A stretch of 54,426 nucleotides of DNA from a virus (taxonomy: Duplodnaviria; Caudoviricetes), in the IMG/VR virus record IMGVR_UViG_3300042564_004473, positions 1-54,426 of that record. One strand, 5' to 3'. Under the pieces are notes generated by a model. The model worked only from the letters and a program-made list of their open reading frames with translations. It ran no database searches and was not told the origin of the DNA. Position 1 is the first letter of the stretch. Each line of letters starts with the position of its first letter. The position numbers and the translations under genes were made by a program. Shown here piece by piece: positions 17,852 through 28,214 of the stretch.

Positions 17852-18440
17852 TAATATTAACGAATCAATTTTAGACGATATTAAAGATTTAATTCTTAAG
17901 TCAGATAAAGAATTAGCATCCAATGAAACCTATCAGAAACTTAAAAAGTTTTTTGAACCAATAATCAATGGAGTTAAAGGTTCTGAAGAAATAACAACTG
18001 ATGTTTTGATTCCTAATACCACAACAACTGACGACGAATTTTATAAAAAAATATTAAGTTGTTTAGGCGCTGAACCAACTAAAGGTAATATGGCGTTTTT
18101 CTATGCTTGGAGACAAGCCGAAGGGGGTTCCGCAGCAAACAATCCATTTAATACCACAAAGAAAATGCCAGGTGCTAAAAAATATAAGAATAATACTCAC
18201 GGAGTTAAGAATTATAAATCTGTTGAAGATGGTATTGAAGCAACTTGTAAAACATTAAAACTACATTACTATACTGATATAGTAGATGGACTTAAAAATG
18301 ACGTTGGGTTAAAAAAATTATCAAGAATGAGTTCCCTTAAAACTTGGGGTACAGGTAGCTTATTAGCGTCTGTTGCTGACGGTTATCTAAAAGGAAGTAG
18401 TCCAAAACCAAAAGATATTAATAAAGGTTATTATGCTTAA
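17841..18440 (+). CDS. Putative lysozyme-like peptidoglycan hydrolase
   Basis: AWRQAEGG..NNPFNT..Y.SVEDGIEAT pattern; ATG at 17841. Confidence 0.55.
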   Translation: MKNNNINESILDDIKDLILKSDKELASNETYQKLKKFFEPIINGVKGSEEITTDVLIPNTTTTDDEFYKKILSCLGAEPTKGNMAFFYAWRQAEGGSAANNPFNTTKKMPGAKKYKNNTHGVKNYKSVEDGIEATCKTLKLHYYTDIVDGLKNDVGLKKLSRMSSLKTWGTGSLLASVADGYLKGSSPKPKDINKGYYA

Positions 18441-19519
18441 TTTTCAGGTTTCAAAACTGTAAGAGCTTCAGGATACTCTTTATCTAATAATTCGGTATTT
18501 TTACCTTCATAAGGTATATTTTGTAATACATACCTAATTGCGTTTAACCCTGATACTTTTTTGTCAATAGCATCCAATATAATCCAAGGATGGTTCAAAG
18601 TTGATGTCTTATCAAATAATTTATCTTTAAATTCTGTAAATCTATCCCACAAATCTTGCATTTTAGAATCGTTAGGGGAATACTTCCAATATTTTAATTT
18701 TGAATTTTGTCTCATCTCAAATCTTTTTGCTTGAGTTTCTTTGTCAATTGAGAACCATAATTTAAATAAATAATCCCCATCTTTAACTAAAGAATTTTCA
18801 AACTCTTCAACACCATCCATAAATTCTTGATATTCTTTATCACTACCATAACCCATAACAGGTTCAATTAAACCTCTATTATACCAACTTCTATCAAATA
18901 GGTTAATTTTACCTTTCTCAATTTTTGATTCATATCTTTGCCACCAATTTTCTCTTTCTTCAGGAGTTGGGATTCCCATTGCTATAACATTAAATCCTTT
19001 TGGATTCATATTTTCGGTGAACTTTAAAATTGTTGAACCTTTACCAGCACTATCCCTACCTTCAAACACGATAATAACTGTTTTGTTATTTTTCATTAAC
19101 CACTCTTCTAATTTAAGAAGTTCAACTTGTAACCCGTATAATTCTTTTCTATAAACTTTTTTTGGTATAATTGAAGGTTCTTGAGGTTCAAAAGAATAAT
19201 CATCACTTTCAGGTTCTACGTTATATATTCCTTGTTCTCTCGTTTTTAATGAATCTAAAATTTTTGAAAAATAAGAATCAACATTTTTTTTCTTATCACC
19301 TTTGAATGATAAAACTTTTTTAAGTCCTCTCTCCATTAATTCATAATCGATTATTTTTTCATCACCAATTAATATTATAGAATTTAAATTAGATTCGATT
19401 GATGGTGTCATTATATCATTAACAATAAGAATATCTTTAATTTTTTTAAGATATGTTTCGATATTACCTTCATTTATAATACCTCTAATTTTTTGAATTT
19501 CGTTTAACAGTTTGTTCAT
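18437..19519 (-). CDS. ppk2: Polyphosphate kinase 2 with phage-type N-terminal extension
   Basis: FEGRDSAGKG, FDRSWYNR, KYWKYSPND; ATG at 19519 lies 4 nt after ATATTTAT. Confidence 0.92.
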   Translation of the reverse strand: MNKLLNEIQKIRGIINEGNIETYLKKIKDILIVNDIMTPSIESNLNSIILIGDEKIIDYELMERGLKKVLSFKGDKKKNVDSYFSKILDSLKTREQGIYNVEPESDDYSFEPQEPSIIPKKVYRKELYGLQVELLKLEEWLMKNNKTVIIVFEGRDSAGKGSTILKFTENMNPKGFNVIAMGIPTPEERENWWQRYESKIEKGKINLFDRSWYNRGLIEPVMGYGSDKEYQEFMDGVEEFENSLVKDGDYLFKLWFSIDKETQAKRFEMRQNSKLKYWKYSPNDSKMQDLWDRFTEFKDKLFDKTSTLNHPWIILDAIDKKVSGLNAIRYVLQNIPYEGKNTELLDKEYPEALTVLKPEN

Positions 19520-19605
19520 ACTAATAAATATATTCATTTACAAATGAATAATTAACATATCGAAATATTTATATAAAAATAAATTACCAAGATTTAAACT
19601 AAATT

Positions 19606-21513
19606 ATGAAAAAAATTCTAATGGCAGTCTCAGTCATGCTACTGAGTCTTGTCGGGTTTTCCCAAACGTGTCCAATCCCTGCATCGTCAGGAGTATTTGT
19701 GACATTAGACCCCACCTATCAATTGGCACCGTCATCAGTAGGGTTTACAAATGTTGGATTGTGTTTCTATAATAACACATCTACTTTAATTACGGCGGCA
19801 CAATTCAGAGTATTTTACGATAAACTAGCGTTCTCAGGTGTTGATACCGTAACGTCATTGAATACTTCATACGCTCAATATCTACAATTCGTGGATAATC
19901 CTGCTGGAGGATATGTAACAATCACAATGTCATACACAGGTAACTTATCGACTTTTCAAATCCCTAATGGAGCATTTGTTCAGTTAAAGTTAAATCACAT
20001 TGCAGGTTTCTCGTCATTAACTTCAATCGGAAATATGACATTTAGTGGTGTTGCAACATTTCCATCTATATCAACAACACAAGCGGGTATGGATAACTCC
20101 CTTACATTACAAAACTTTGGGGGTGTGATGTTACCACAGACTATGTCGTATCACGGTACATTCCTTAACGTAACTGGTTCAGGTGCTAAAAACCTAACAG
20201 TTGCTTTAGAGAAAAAATTAAAAACTTCATCTACTTGGAGTCAAGTTTCAACTCAATTAACTGCTAATGATGGTACATTTGCATTTAATAACGTGGCTAT
20301 TGACACTACAGGTTGGAATGTTAGGTTAAAAGTTCAGGGAGATACTTTAGCGGTAGGTAACGTAATATCTACAAGTGATGCTCAAAAAATTAACCAATAT
20401 GTTTTAGGTACATCAACTCCATCAGGATTTGATTATTACGCGGCAGATGTTAATGGAGATAATAATGTATCAATTTCCGACGCTTATGGCGTATTTGGTA
20501 GAGTTGCTGGTAGATTCACAACTTGGCCAAATTCAGTTAAAGATATTAAATTCTTTACTCAAACTGAATATAATACTATTAACGGTTCAACTAATAACTA
20601 TACCTCAACAATTGCTGGTGTAACTAATTTTACATTTGATATTGTTGCAGGACAACCTGACTCAGTTACTTATTATGTTTTAGTACCTGGAGATGCAAAT
20701 GGAACTGGATATCATATGGCTCGTTTAACACCTATTGATATTACAATAAACCCTAATTCAAATACACCTTCTCAGGTTTATAATGTCATTGACAACAAAG
20801 TTGAATACGATTTCCCAACCGCGTCTATTGAGGTTAATGTTCCGAGTCTTTCAGTAGATGAAGGTAATTTAGTTAATATACCAGTTAGAGTATATACTAA
20901 TGGAAATGATTTAGGTTCACTTCAATTTGGATTCAAATATGATGACACTCTTTTAGATTTTAAAGGTGTTGAATCTAAATCTGCAAGTTCAAGATGGATT
21001 ACTTTCCTTAATACTAATGACAATCAAGTTGATTGGGGTGGTTATGATAATAGTACAAATCTAAATTCATTACGTAATAATGATGAAGTTGTTACTCTTC
21101 AGTTTTTAGCAAAAAAACCACAAAATCAATGGGGAACAAGTCCTTTATTCACAACTAATAAATTCGCAGGAAATACAATTGCGAAAGATTTGAGTATTGC
21201 ACCAACAAACGGAATATTAGTTGTTTATAAGATATCTAATAGCTTTGATTTTTCGTTAAATGAAGATATGAAAATTTTTCCAAACCCAACGGATGACTAC
21301 ATAAACGTTAAATTCGAAGTAATTAAAGAAGGTAATGTTACGTTAGTTGTTTACGGAATTGATGGTAAATCACATAAGGTTATTGTTAATGGAACAATGC
21401 CTGAAGGAGAATATCAATACGGTGCTAGCTTAGGATATTTACCTGAAGGTACTTATGTGGCGGTTTTAAAAAGACAAGACAAAACAATAACAAATAAATT
21501 TGTTTTAAAATAA
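19606..21513 (+). CDS. Secreted cohesin-like / dockerin-like protein with T9SS C-terminal sorting domain
   Basis: Signal peptide ..GFS|Q; cohesin-like AAQFRVFYD and VNIPVRV..LGSLQFGFKYD; DVNGDNNVSISDA; CTD IFPNP..LPEGTY..NKFVLK. Confidence 0.82.
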   Translation: MKKILMAVSVMLLSLVGFSQTCPIPASSGVFVTLDPTYQLAPSSVGFTNVGLCFYNNTSTLITAAQFRVFYDKLAFSGVDTVTSLNTSYAQYLQFVDNPAGGYVTITMSYTGNLSTFQIPNGAFVQLKLNHIAGFSSLTSIGNMTFSGVATFPSISTTQAGMDNSLTLQNFGGVMLPQTMSYHGTFLNVTGSGAKNLTVALEKKLKTSSTWSQVSTQLTANDGTFAFNNVAIDTTGWNVRLKVQGDTLAVGNVISTSDAQKINQYVLGTSTPSGFDYYAADVNGDNNVSISDAYGVFGRVAGRFTTWPNSVKDIKFFTQTEYNTINGSTNNYTSTIAGVTNFTFDIVAGQPDSVTYYVLVPGDANGTGYHMARLTPIDITINPNSNTPSQVYNVIDNKVEYDFPTASIEVNVPSLSVDEGNLVNIPVRVYTNGNDLGSLQFGFKYDDTLLDFKGVESKSASSRWITFLNTNDNQVDWGGYDNSTNLNSLRNNDEVVTLQFLAKKPQNQWGTSPLFTTNKFAGNTIAKDLSIAPTNGILVVYKISNSFDFSLNEDMKIFPNPTDDYINVKFEVIKEGNVTLVVYGIDGKSHKVIVNGTMPEGEYQYGASLGYLPEGTYVAVLKRQDKTITNKFVLK

Positions 21514-21579
21514 AAAAATGAGGTACTATTTTGGTACCTCTTAGCCTTTAAACAATAAACTAAATTAAAAAACAAAAAT

Positions 21580-21927
21580 ATGTCAGAGGAAACAAATGTA
21601 CCTGAATCAGATGGAACTTGGTCAGGATTAAAGAAAACAATTATCGGAACTGTATCAACTGCAGTATTAGCAGGAGGAACTTGGGTTACGACAACTCTAT
21701 TTAACGGTGGGGAAGATAAAGAAGAAACAAAAACAGAACAAGCTGCTCCGGCTCAGCCTGTGATTAATGTTAATTTGGAAAACAATAATACCAATCAACA
21801 AAAACAATCTTCAGGAGGTGGAACAAATACGATTGTTAAAGAACGAGTGATTGAAAAACAAGCGGCTCCTGCACAATCTGCTGTAGCTCCCGTACCTGCT
21901 AAACCAAAAGAAGAAGACCCTTGGTAA
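21580..21927 (+). CDS. Small membrane-anchored protein
   Basis: One hydrophobic helix, low-complexity tail. Confidence 0.7.
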   Translation: MSEETNVPESDGTWSGLKKTIIGTVSTAVLAGGTWVTTTLFNGGEDKEETKTEQAAPAQPVINVNLENNNTNQQKQSSGGGTNTIVKERVIEKQAAPAQSAVAPVPAKPKEEDPW

Positions 21928-21928
21928 T

Positions 21929-22648
21929 ATGAAATTAAAAAAACTAATATACCTAATACCGTTTATATTACTTTCTTGTAATGTTTCGGCACAAATTGGT
22001 ACTGTTAAAACAGAACAATATCAAGCAGATTTTGAAAAAAAACAATCAATATCCGCAGTTGCAGATTATACCGATACAATTGTAATCCCTATTCAAGTAT
22101 TACAAATTGGTATTAATGAATCTGTTTATGAAATGTATCCTGAGTTAAAAGATAAGAGAGTCGGATTAGGGGTTGCTAATATTGTTTTAGAATACCTTGA
22201 GATGACAGACAGATTTAAATTCACTGAGGATAAGGCGGAAATTAAAAACAAAATGATTGCTCAAGATAAAGCATCTGCAAAAGGAATATCTCAAAATGAA
22301 ATTAAAGTTAAAGGGAATGTCATCTTAGCAAAATACTTTGTTTATATTGAAGTTTACGATTTTTCAGTTTCAGAGGATGAAGTTGTTAAAGCAACTAGCG
22401 GTTCTAAAGCAACACAAACAACTCGTTTAGGTTTACAAGTTAGATTTGTTGATGCTGAAACGGGTGAAGTAATTACGGGTAGTGGATTAGGTGAATCATC
22501 TACAGTTAAAACGGCATCATTATTAGACGGTGTGGATGAAATTAAATTTAACCAATCAACTATTGGTATATCAACTAAAAAAGCTCTTGAAACGGCATCG
22601 TCAAGAGTTATTTCTAAATTAATAAAAAAAGGTGTCTTTAAATCTTAA
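21929..22648 (+). CDS. CsgG/HfaB-family envelope protein
   Basis: Signal peptide; GLQVRFVDAETGEVI, STKKALETA. Confidence 0.7.
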   Translation: MKLKKLIYLIPFILLSCNVSAQIGTVKTEQYQADFEKKQSISAVADYTDTIVIPIQVLQIGINESVYEMYPELKDKRVGLGVANIVLEYLEMTDRFKFTEDKAEIKNKMIAQDKASAKGISQNEIKVKGNVILAKYFVYIEVYDFSVSEDEVVKATSGSKATQTTRLGLQVRFVDAETGEVITGSGLGESSTVKTASLLDGVDEIKFNQSTIGISTKKALETASSRVISKLIKKGVFKS

Positions 22649-22655
22649 AAAAAAA

Positions 22656-23018
22656 ATGGGAAAATTAAAAGAAAAATTAACAAGTTTTATTAGCTCTCCA
22701 TCCACTGTTAAAGTAGATGATAAAAATAGATTTTATTATATGTTACAACAAATGCAGGCTAATAGATGGAGAATCACTGCAATTGTATTAGGTTTATTTA
22801 CATTAATCATTGTGGGTATTAATGCTGGTGTATTTATGGGTGCATCAATCGGAGAAGATTGGAAAGAAATGTTACTAATCTTATTAGGTGCTTTTGTTGG
22901 TAATTTAAATAAAGTTGTCGACTACTGGTTCAATTCTGAAGATAGAGATAAAATGTTAATTCAAAAAGTTGACGAAGAAGATGGTGTTTCTTTATCAAAC
23001 ACTATGAGTATAGAATAA
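22656..23018 (+). CDS. Two-TM membrane protein
   Basis: IVLGLFTLIIVG, LLILLGAFVG..VVDYWF; ATG at 22656. Confidence 0.7.
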   Translation: MGKLKEKLTSFISSPSTVKVDDKNRFYYMLQQMQANRWRITAIVLGLFTLIIVGINAGVFMGASIGEDWKEMLLILLGAFVGNLNKVVDYWFNSEDRDKMLIQKVDEEDGVSLSNTMSIE

Positions 23019-23020
23019 TA

Positions 23021-24463
23021 ATGAGTATTAAGAAGATTATATTTACAATATGTTTTCTGTTCTCAACTATTACAATATTTGGACAGGGGTTTTCGTATTC
23101 ATTTACGGACCCCTGTACTTTTAAAACAAAACAAATTTTCATTAATAATCCTAATGGAAGTGTAGCCTTAATCTATAATGGACAAATTCAAAGTTTTACT
23201 CCTGCTCAATTACAAACGGGGGCATTAGAAGCTTGGATTACTCAGGTAAACTCATCAATACCCGAAGGAACAGGACCTTGTGGTGGTGTAGCATTATCAC
23301 AAAACACCAATATGAATGCGTTAGTAACCGTAAATACAATTTCGGTTTTAAATTCAGTAATGTCCTCAATGTCATCAATTGCTAGTATGTCAGATTTGTC
23401 GTCAAGTGCGGGAGGTAATATGTTACAAGGTATTATCCAAAGTGGTGAAAAATCAGCATCGAGTAATCAAAAAGATGAGGATAATAATAAAAATAACAAA
23501 AATGGAGGAACGAATAATAACGGAGGAAATTCAACAACTTCTGACAATAATCAAAAAGAAAACTCAACTGGGGGAGGAACTTCAGGAAATTCTAATTCTG
23601 AAGGACAATCAAATTCAGAACAAAATGGAGAGTCTTCAAGTTCAAGTAACTCAACTGAAGGGGGAAATTCAACGTCTCAATCATCTGTAAATGGTGAAAC
23701 TTCAAATTCAGATAACTCAACATCTGAACCATCTGTAAATGGTGAATCAGGTGAAAAAACAGATAACGAAAAAATATCGGATGTTAAAAGTGATGAGGTA
23801 AGAAGTTCGACTCAAGTTAAAGCGAAAGTATCATCAGTTAAACAAGGTAATTTGATGGTGACAGGCGATATCGTAATGATATCGAGTGCATCAGGAAATG
23901 AACCGAGACAATTTAGAGTGAATGCTAGTACTGTTAAAGTTAATACCGAAAACACTTTTGCAAAAGGTGCGTTGATTAATTACACCAGTGGTGCTCAAAA
24001 TAGTTGTATTACATTATTTTACGCACTTAGGTCTGGTAAATATACAACAACGGTTGCTAATTCAACAATGTTGAATACTCAAAAGGATTTGTTTAATACC
24101 ATATCAATAATGAAATCATATAAAAGTGGTAAGTTTACTTTTACTGTGGGACAAAATATTACGACAGGTAAATTAGGTGAATCTAAATTTAAAAGTTTAT
24201 CAACATTGGCAGGTGTTGTCAATAATTTTAATATTAACAAATCTATAAGCGGTACCGCAATGCTTGTAATGGTATACTCCCCATATATTTATTATTATGA
24301 AGGAATATGGTACAAATCAGGATTTATGGCAGTACCATTTACATCATTTGATTATAAAATAACTAAAAAATTTAAACTTAATTTAAGTTTTAGTGGTATA
24401 CAACCAATAAACGACGCTCCATTAAATTATCAAGTATTACTTGGAGGTAAAGCATTATTATAA
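23021..24463 (+). CDS. Secreted protein with S/N/G-rich linker and probable C-terminal beta-barrel
   Basis: Signal ..IFG|Q; alternating strands (FDYKITKKFKLNLSF, YQVLLGGK). Confidence 0.65.
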   Translation: MSIKKIIFTICFLFSTITIFGQGFSYSFTDPCTFKTKQIFINNPNGSVALIYNGQIQSFTPAQLQTGALEAWITQVNSSIPEGTGPCGGVALSQNTNMNALVTVNTISVLNSVMSSMSSIASMSDLSSSAGGNMLQGIIQSGEKSASSNQKDEDNNKNNKNGGTNNNGGNSTTSDNNQKENSTGGGTSGNSNSEGQSNSEQNGESSSSSNSTEGGNSTSQSSVNGETSNSDNSTSEPSVNGESGEKTDNEKISDVKSDEVRSSTQVKAKVSSVKQGNLMVTGDIVMISSASGNEPRQFRVNASTVKVNTENTFAKGALINYTSGAQNSCITLFYALRSGKYTTTVANSTMLNTQKDLFNTISIMKSYKSGKFTFTVGQNITTGKLGESKFKSLSTLAGVVNNFNINKSISGTAMLVMVYSPYIYYYEGIWYKSGFMAVPFTSFDYKITKKFKLNLSFSGIQPINDAPLNYQVLLGGKALL

Positions 24464-24467
24464 AAGC

Positions 24468-24920
24468 ATGAAAAAATTATTATTAGTATTAGTAACATTA
24501 TTAATCTTTGTAACATCATTTTCCCAAGTTTGTTACACAGTAAAAAACGTTGAAAGTAAGGGAGACATCCAAGGAGTTAATCCTAAAAGATTTACTCTTG
24601 GGGTTAAACAAATTACGGAAGAAATACTATCAACTAATCATTCCATATGTGAAAATGGTGTACCAGTTTCTGTGGTGATTGAAAGTATTGAAGCTCCGAC
24701 TACAGGAGTAGGGGTTGGACCTTTTGAGTTTAAAAGAAAAAAAACAATCGTAACTTTAAATGTTATAATAAATGGAGTTTCTTACTTAGGTACAGGACAA
24801 AGTAATATGGATGTTAAATCTACATTTATCGAATTACAAGATGAAAATCTTCCTTTTGAAAAATCGGCGTTTTCTGCGGGTTTAAAAAAGGCATTACAAG
24901 ATGCGATTTCTAAATACTAA
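24468..24920 (+). CDS. Secreted protein
   Basis: Signal ..SFS|Q; ATG at 24468. Confidence 0.7.
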   Translation: MKKLLLVLVTLLIFVTSFSQVCYTVKNVESKGDIQGVNPKRFTLGVKQITEEILSTNHSICENGVPVSVVIESIEAPTTGVGVGPFEFKRKKTIVTLNVIINGVSYLGTGQSNMDVKSTFIELQDENLPFEKSAFSAGLKKALQDAISKY

Positions 24921-24922
24921 CT

Positions 24923-26599
24923 ATGAAAAACATACTGATATTCATATTGATGTTTATGTTTATCCCGTTAATGTCAAATGCTCAATTTACATATTCGGGA
25001 TACATTTACAACGCTAATAATGTTGGTGCTGCTAACGTACCTGTTAAAATATATAAAAGAACCACACCAACTTTAACAGGATTTACATCTCAAACAAATT
25101 ATAACGGACACTCGTATTACCGTTCAACAGGATTGGCAACTTGGACAGTTGCAAAATCTAATTGTGAAGCAATGAATGGGCATTTGGTTACATTTTCTAA
25201 TGCTGCTGAAAACACATTTGTATTTAATACTTGGCCAAGTGGTTGGATTGGGTATTATCAGGATAAAGTTGCGGGGTATTTCTATTCAGAACCTTTAGGT
25301 GGATACAGATGGACTGAACTTCCAGTTACTAATGGATTACAGGCGGATTATGATGTATCATCTTACACATCAGGAACATCATTGTTGGATATTAAAGGGG
25401 GTGTTAATGCCACGTTAACTAATTCACCGACTTACACAAGTACATCAGGAAAGTATTTAACTTTCAATGGTGTTAATCAATACGGAATTACAGATAACTT
25501 AGCGTCAAAAGTAACAGGTAATACTGTTACATTAATGGCATGGGTTTATCCAACAGGAAATGGTGTTATTGTGACTGAATTGGGTGCGGGTAACCCATCA
25601 TCAGGTTGGCACGACTCTCAAATTGAAATTACCGGTGGTAATACTTTAAAGGTAGGTATTTGGAATACTAATATTGTATCTTTAAACACTTCAATCACAT
25701 TAAATGCTTGGCATTTAGTTGGATTTACTTATGACGGAACAACTTTAACAGGGTATAAAGATGGTGTTAGTTTTGGTTCGGTGGTAACTAATAGACAATC
25801 ACCCCAATTAAATGGAAATGGGTTATATTATGGAATTGGTTTGGCGGACGCGACTAATATGGGTTCAGGTGCGTATGGTGCATTTAGATTAGGTGACTTT
25901 CAGGTTTTCGATAGAGGTATAACTGCTGATGAGGTAAATAGAATGTATAATTTATACTCTTATAGATATGGGATTTATCCTTATTCCAATTGGAACGGTG
26001 GAGAACCTAATAATTCGGGAACTGAAGATTACACCCAATTTGTGGGTAGTGGTAAATGGAATGACTTGAATAATAATAATTCTTTAAACTATGTATTAGA
26101 GTTTGATTATATTGTTGATTTTACTCCTTGGGTTTTATTTAAAACCGTATACACCGACGCAACGGGAAAATACACAATAAATGAAACAACAAATCCTGCA
26201 ACGGAATGGTATCTTCAAATAGATGTTCCATCACCAACTACAACTACAATACAAACTGTAGACGCCTCAAGTGCTGGACTTAAATCTATTAGTAGAACTT
26301 GGACATCATTAGATTATTACAAATACGATGTTAATAATGATGGAACTATTACAGTGTCTGACACGTATTATATTTTTATGAAAAAGTCAGGTAGGTTTAC
26401 AACTTGGAAGTCTCCATTGCCCGATGTTAGATTATTCACTTCTACTCAATTTAATGCAATTAATTCGTCCACAACTGATTTAAGGGTAACTTACCCCGGG
26501 GTTTCCACTATTACAATTAATTCACCTGTTAGTGGGGGAAGTTCAAATTATTATTTAATTAATACCGGGTATTCAAATAATACGATATTAGGGTATTAA
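24923..26599 (+). CDS. Secreted C-type lectin / LamG / dockerin-like protein
   Basis: YNGHSYY..W..A..C..GHLVT..EN..WIG; LamG WHLVGFTYDG..YKDG; WNGGEPNN..WND; DVNNDGTITVSD. Confidence 0.82.
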   Translation: MKNILIFILMFMFIPLMSNAQFTYSGYIYNANNVGAANVPVKIYKRTTPTLTGFTSQTNYNGHSYYRSTGLATWTVAKSNCEAMNGHLVTFSNAAENTFVFNTWPSGWIGYYQDKVAGYFYSEPLGGYRWTELPVTNGLQADYDVSSYTSGTSLLDIKGGVNATLTNSPTYTSTSGKYLTFNGVNQYGITDNLASKVTGNTVTLMAWVYPTGNGVIVTELGAGNPSSGWHDSQIEITGGNTLKVGIWNTNIVSLNTSITLNAWHLVGFTYDGTTLTGYKDGVSFGSVVTNRQSPQLNGNGLYYGIGLADATNMGSGAYGAFRLGDFQVFDRGITADEVNRMYNLYSYRYGIYPYSNWNGGEPNNSGTEDYTQFVGSGKWNDLNNNNSLNYVLEFDYIVDFTPWVLFKTVYTDATGKYTINETTNPATEWYLQIDVPSPTTTTIQTVDASSAGLKSISRTWTSLDYYKYDVNNDGTITVSDTYYIFMKKSGRFTTWKSPLPDVRLFTSTQFNAINSSTTDLRVTYPGVSTITINSPVSGGSSNYYLINTGYSNNTILGY

Positions 26600-26642
26600 A
26601 ACTATTTTTGGTGATTTTGTAAAAAAATCGTATCTTTGTGGT

Positions 26643-27044
26643 ATGATTACTAACAATGTCTTAACGAGAGAACAATCTATTAAAATTGCGGAATCTACCT
26701 TTGATTGGTGTTTAACTAAATTTGGAAATCCATTAAAGACGGTTAACCCAATACTTAATGTATCGTTTGACAAAAGAGTTAAACAATATTATGGACATTA
26801 CCGTAATAGAATTATTAGTGTATTCCCAAACGTATGTGGGAATGAAAGACTTATCATATTAACAGTTATTCACGAATTTAGACATTTTTTACAAATGCCA
26901 AAATTAGCTAATATGTCACAATACTATAAACTTTGTGAAAAATATGATTATGAAAATCATCCATTAGAGATTGATGCTATAAATTTTCAAAAAAAACACT
27001 ATTCGTCTTGTAGAAGAAGTTTGAAGAGAAAAGGAGTGTTATAG
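26643..27044 (+). CDS. Small HEXXH metalloprotein
   Basis: VIHEFRHFLQ..HPLEIDA. Confidence 0.7.
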   Translation: MITNNVLTREQSIKIAESTFDWCLTKFGNPLKTVNPILNVSFDKRVKQYYGHYRNRIISVFPNVCGNERLIILTVIHEFRHFLQMPKLANMSQYYKLCEKYDYENHPLEIDAINFQKKHYSSCRRSLKRKGVL

Positions 27045-27104
27045 GTGATTAATCTTTTTTGTAAATATTTATTATAAAATAAACTATAATAAATTACAAA
27101 AACA

Positions 27105-27926
27105 ATGTTATTAAAAAACGGCTCTAAAGGAGAGGATGTAAAAAAATTACAAGCAAAACTAGGATTAACCGCCGATGGAAGTTTCGGACCTGGTACAGAA
27201 GCAAAGGTTAAAGAATGGCAATCTGCAAATGGTTTAACTGCTGACGGAATCGTTGGTGAAGGAACTTGGGGTAAAATGTTTGCCGGTGAAGTCATTAAAG
27301 AAAATGTTGTAATTCCAACAGGGGGAGCATTTAAATTAGAAAAATTAAAAGGACATATTCCTGACGCGGTAATTGCTCAGATTCCTGATACCGCAGCAAA
27401 ATTCAATATCACAACTCCGTTAAGATTAGCACATTTCTTAGCACAATGTGGACACGAGAGTGGTGGATTTAAAGCGGTTAGTGAGAATGTGAACTATTCT
27501 GCAGATGGACTTAAAAAAATATTTGGAAAATATTTTCCAGGTAATTTAAATGAATCTTACGCTCGTCAACCCGAGAAGATTGCATCAAGAGTATATGCTG
27601 ACCGTATGGGTAATGGTAACGAAGCTTCAAAAGAAGGTTTTAAATTCCGTGGAAGAGGTTATATTCAATTAACCGGTAAATCAAACTATACTAACTTTGC
27701 TAAATTTATTGGTGAAGATACCGTAGCAAATCCTGACTTAGTTGCGACAAAATACCCATTAGCATCTGCAGCATTTTTCTTTGATTCAAATAAATTATGG
27801 GCAATCTGTGATAAAGGTGCTGATGAAGCAACTGTAACTTCGGTAACAAAAAGAGTTAATGGAGGTACAATAGGATTGGCTGATAGATTGAAACATTTTA
27901 AAGAATATTACGCTTTATTGGCATAA
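27105..27926 (+). CDS. Endolysin: PG-binding domain plus glycoside hydrolase family 19
   Basis: ADGSFGPGT..ADGIVG; AHFLAQCGHES, FRGRGYIQLTG, TKRVNGG. Confidence 0.92.
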   Translation: MLLKNGSKGEDVKKLQAKLGLTADGSFGPGTEAKVKEWQSANGLTADGIVGEGTWGKMFAGEVIKENVVIPTGGAFKLEKLKGHIPDAVIAQIPDTAAKFNITTPLRLAHFLAQCGHESGGFKAVSENVNYSADGLKKIFGKYFPGNLNESYARQPEKIASRVYADRMGNGNEASKEGFKFRGRGYIQLTGKSNYTNFAKFIGEDTVANPDLVATKYPLASAAFFFDSNKLWAICDKGADEATVTSVTKRVNGGTIGLADRLKHFKEYYALLA

Positions 27927-27954
27927 TTAAAAAAAATGTCTATATTTGTTTAAA

Positions 27955-28197
27955 ATGAATAATACAAATAGTATGGATAAATTTAAAACAGAATATGAAA
28001 GAATCATTGAGACTTTAAAGTCTTGTAAAATTCAAAGTCATTTAGATGCTACCGAAAAATATTATAAATTATTTAAACAGAAATGGGCTGATTTTTATAA
28101 TTCAAAGGATAGTAAATTGGATGAACTTACATATAATTGTGATGTAAAATTTGAAATACTATTAAACAATAAAAGAAAAACATTGGGGTGGGTATAA
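27955..28197 (+). CDS. Hypothetical protein
   Basis: ATG at 27955 after TATATTTG. Confidence 0.6.
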   Translation: MNNTNSMDKFKTEYERIIETLKSCKIQSHLDATEKYYKLFKQKWADFYNSKDSKLDELTYNCDVKFEILLNNKRKTLGWV

Positions 28198-28214
28198 TCA
28201 CCCCAATTTTGCCT

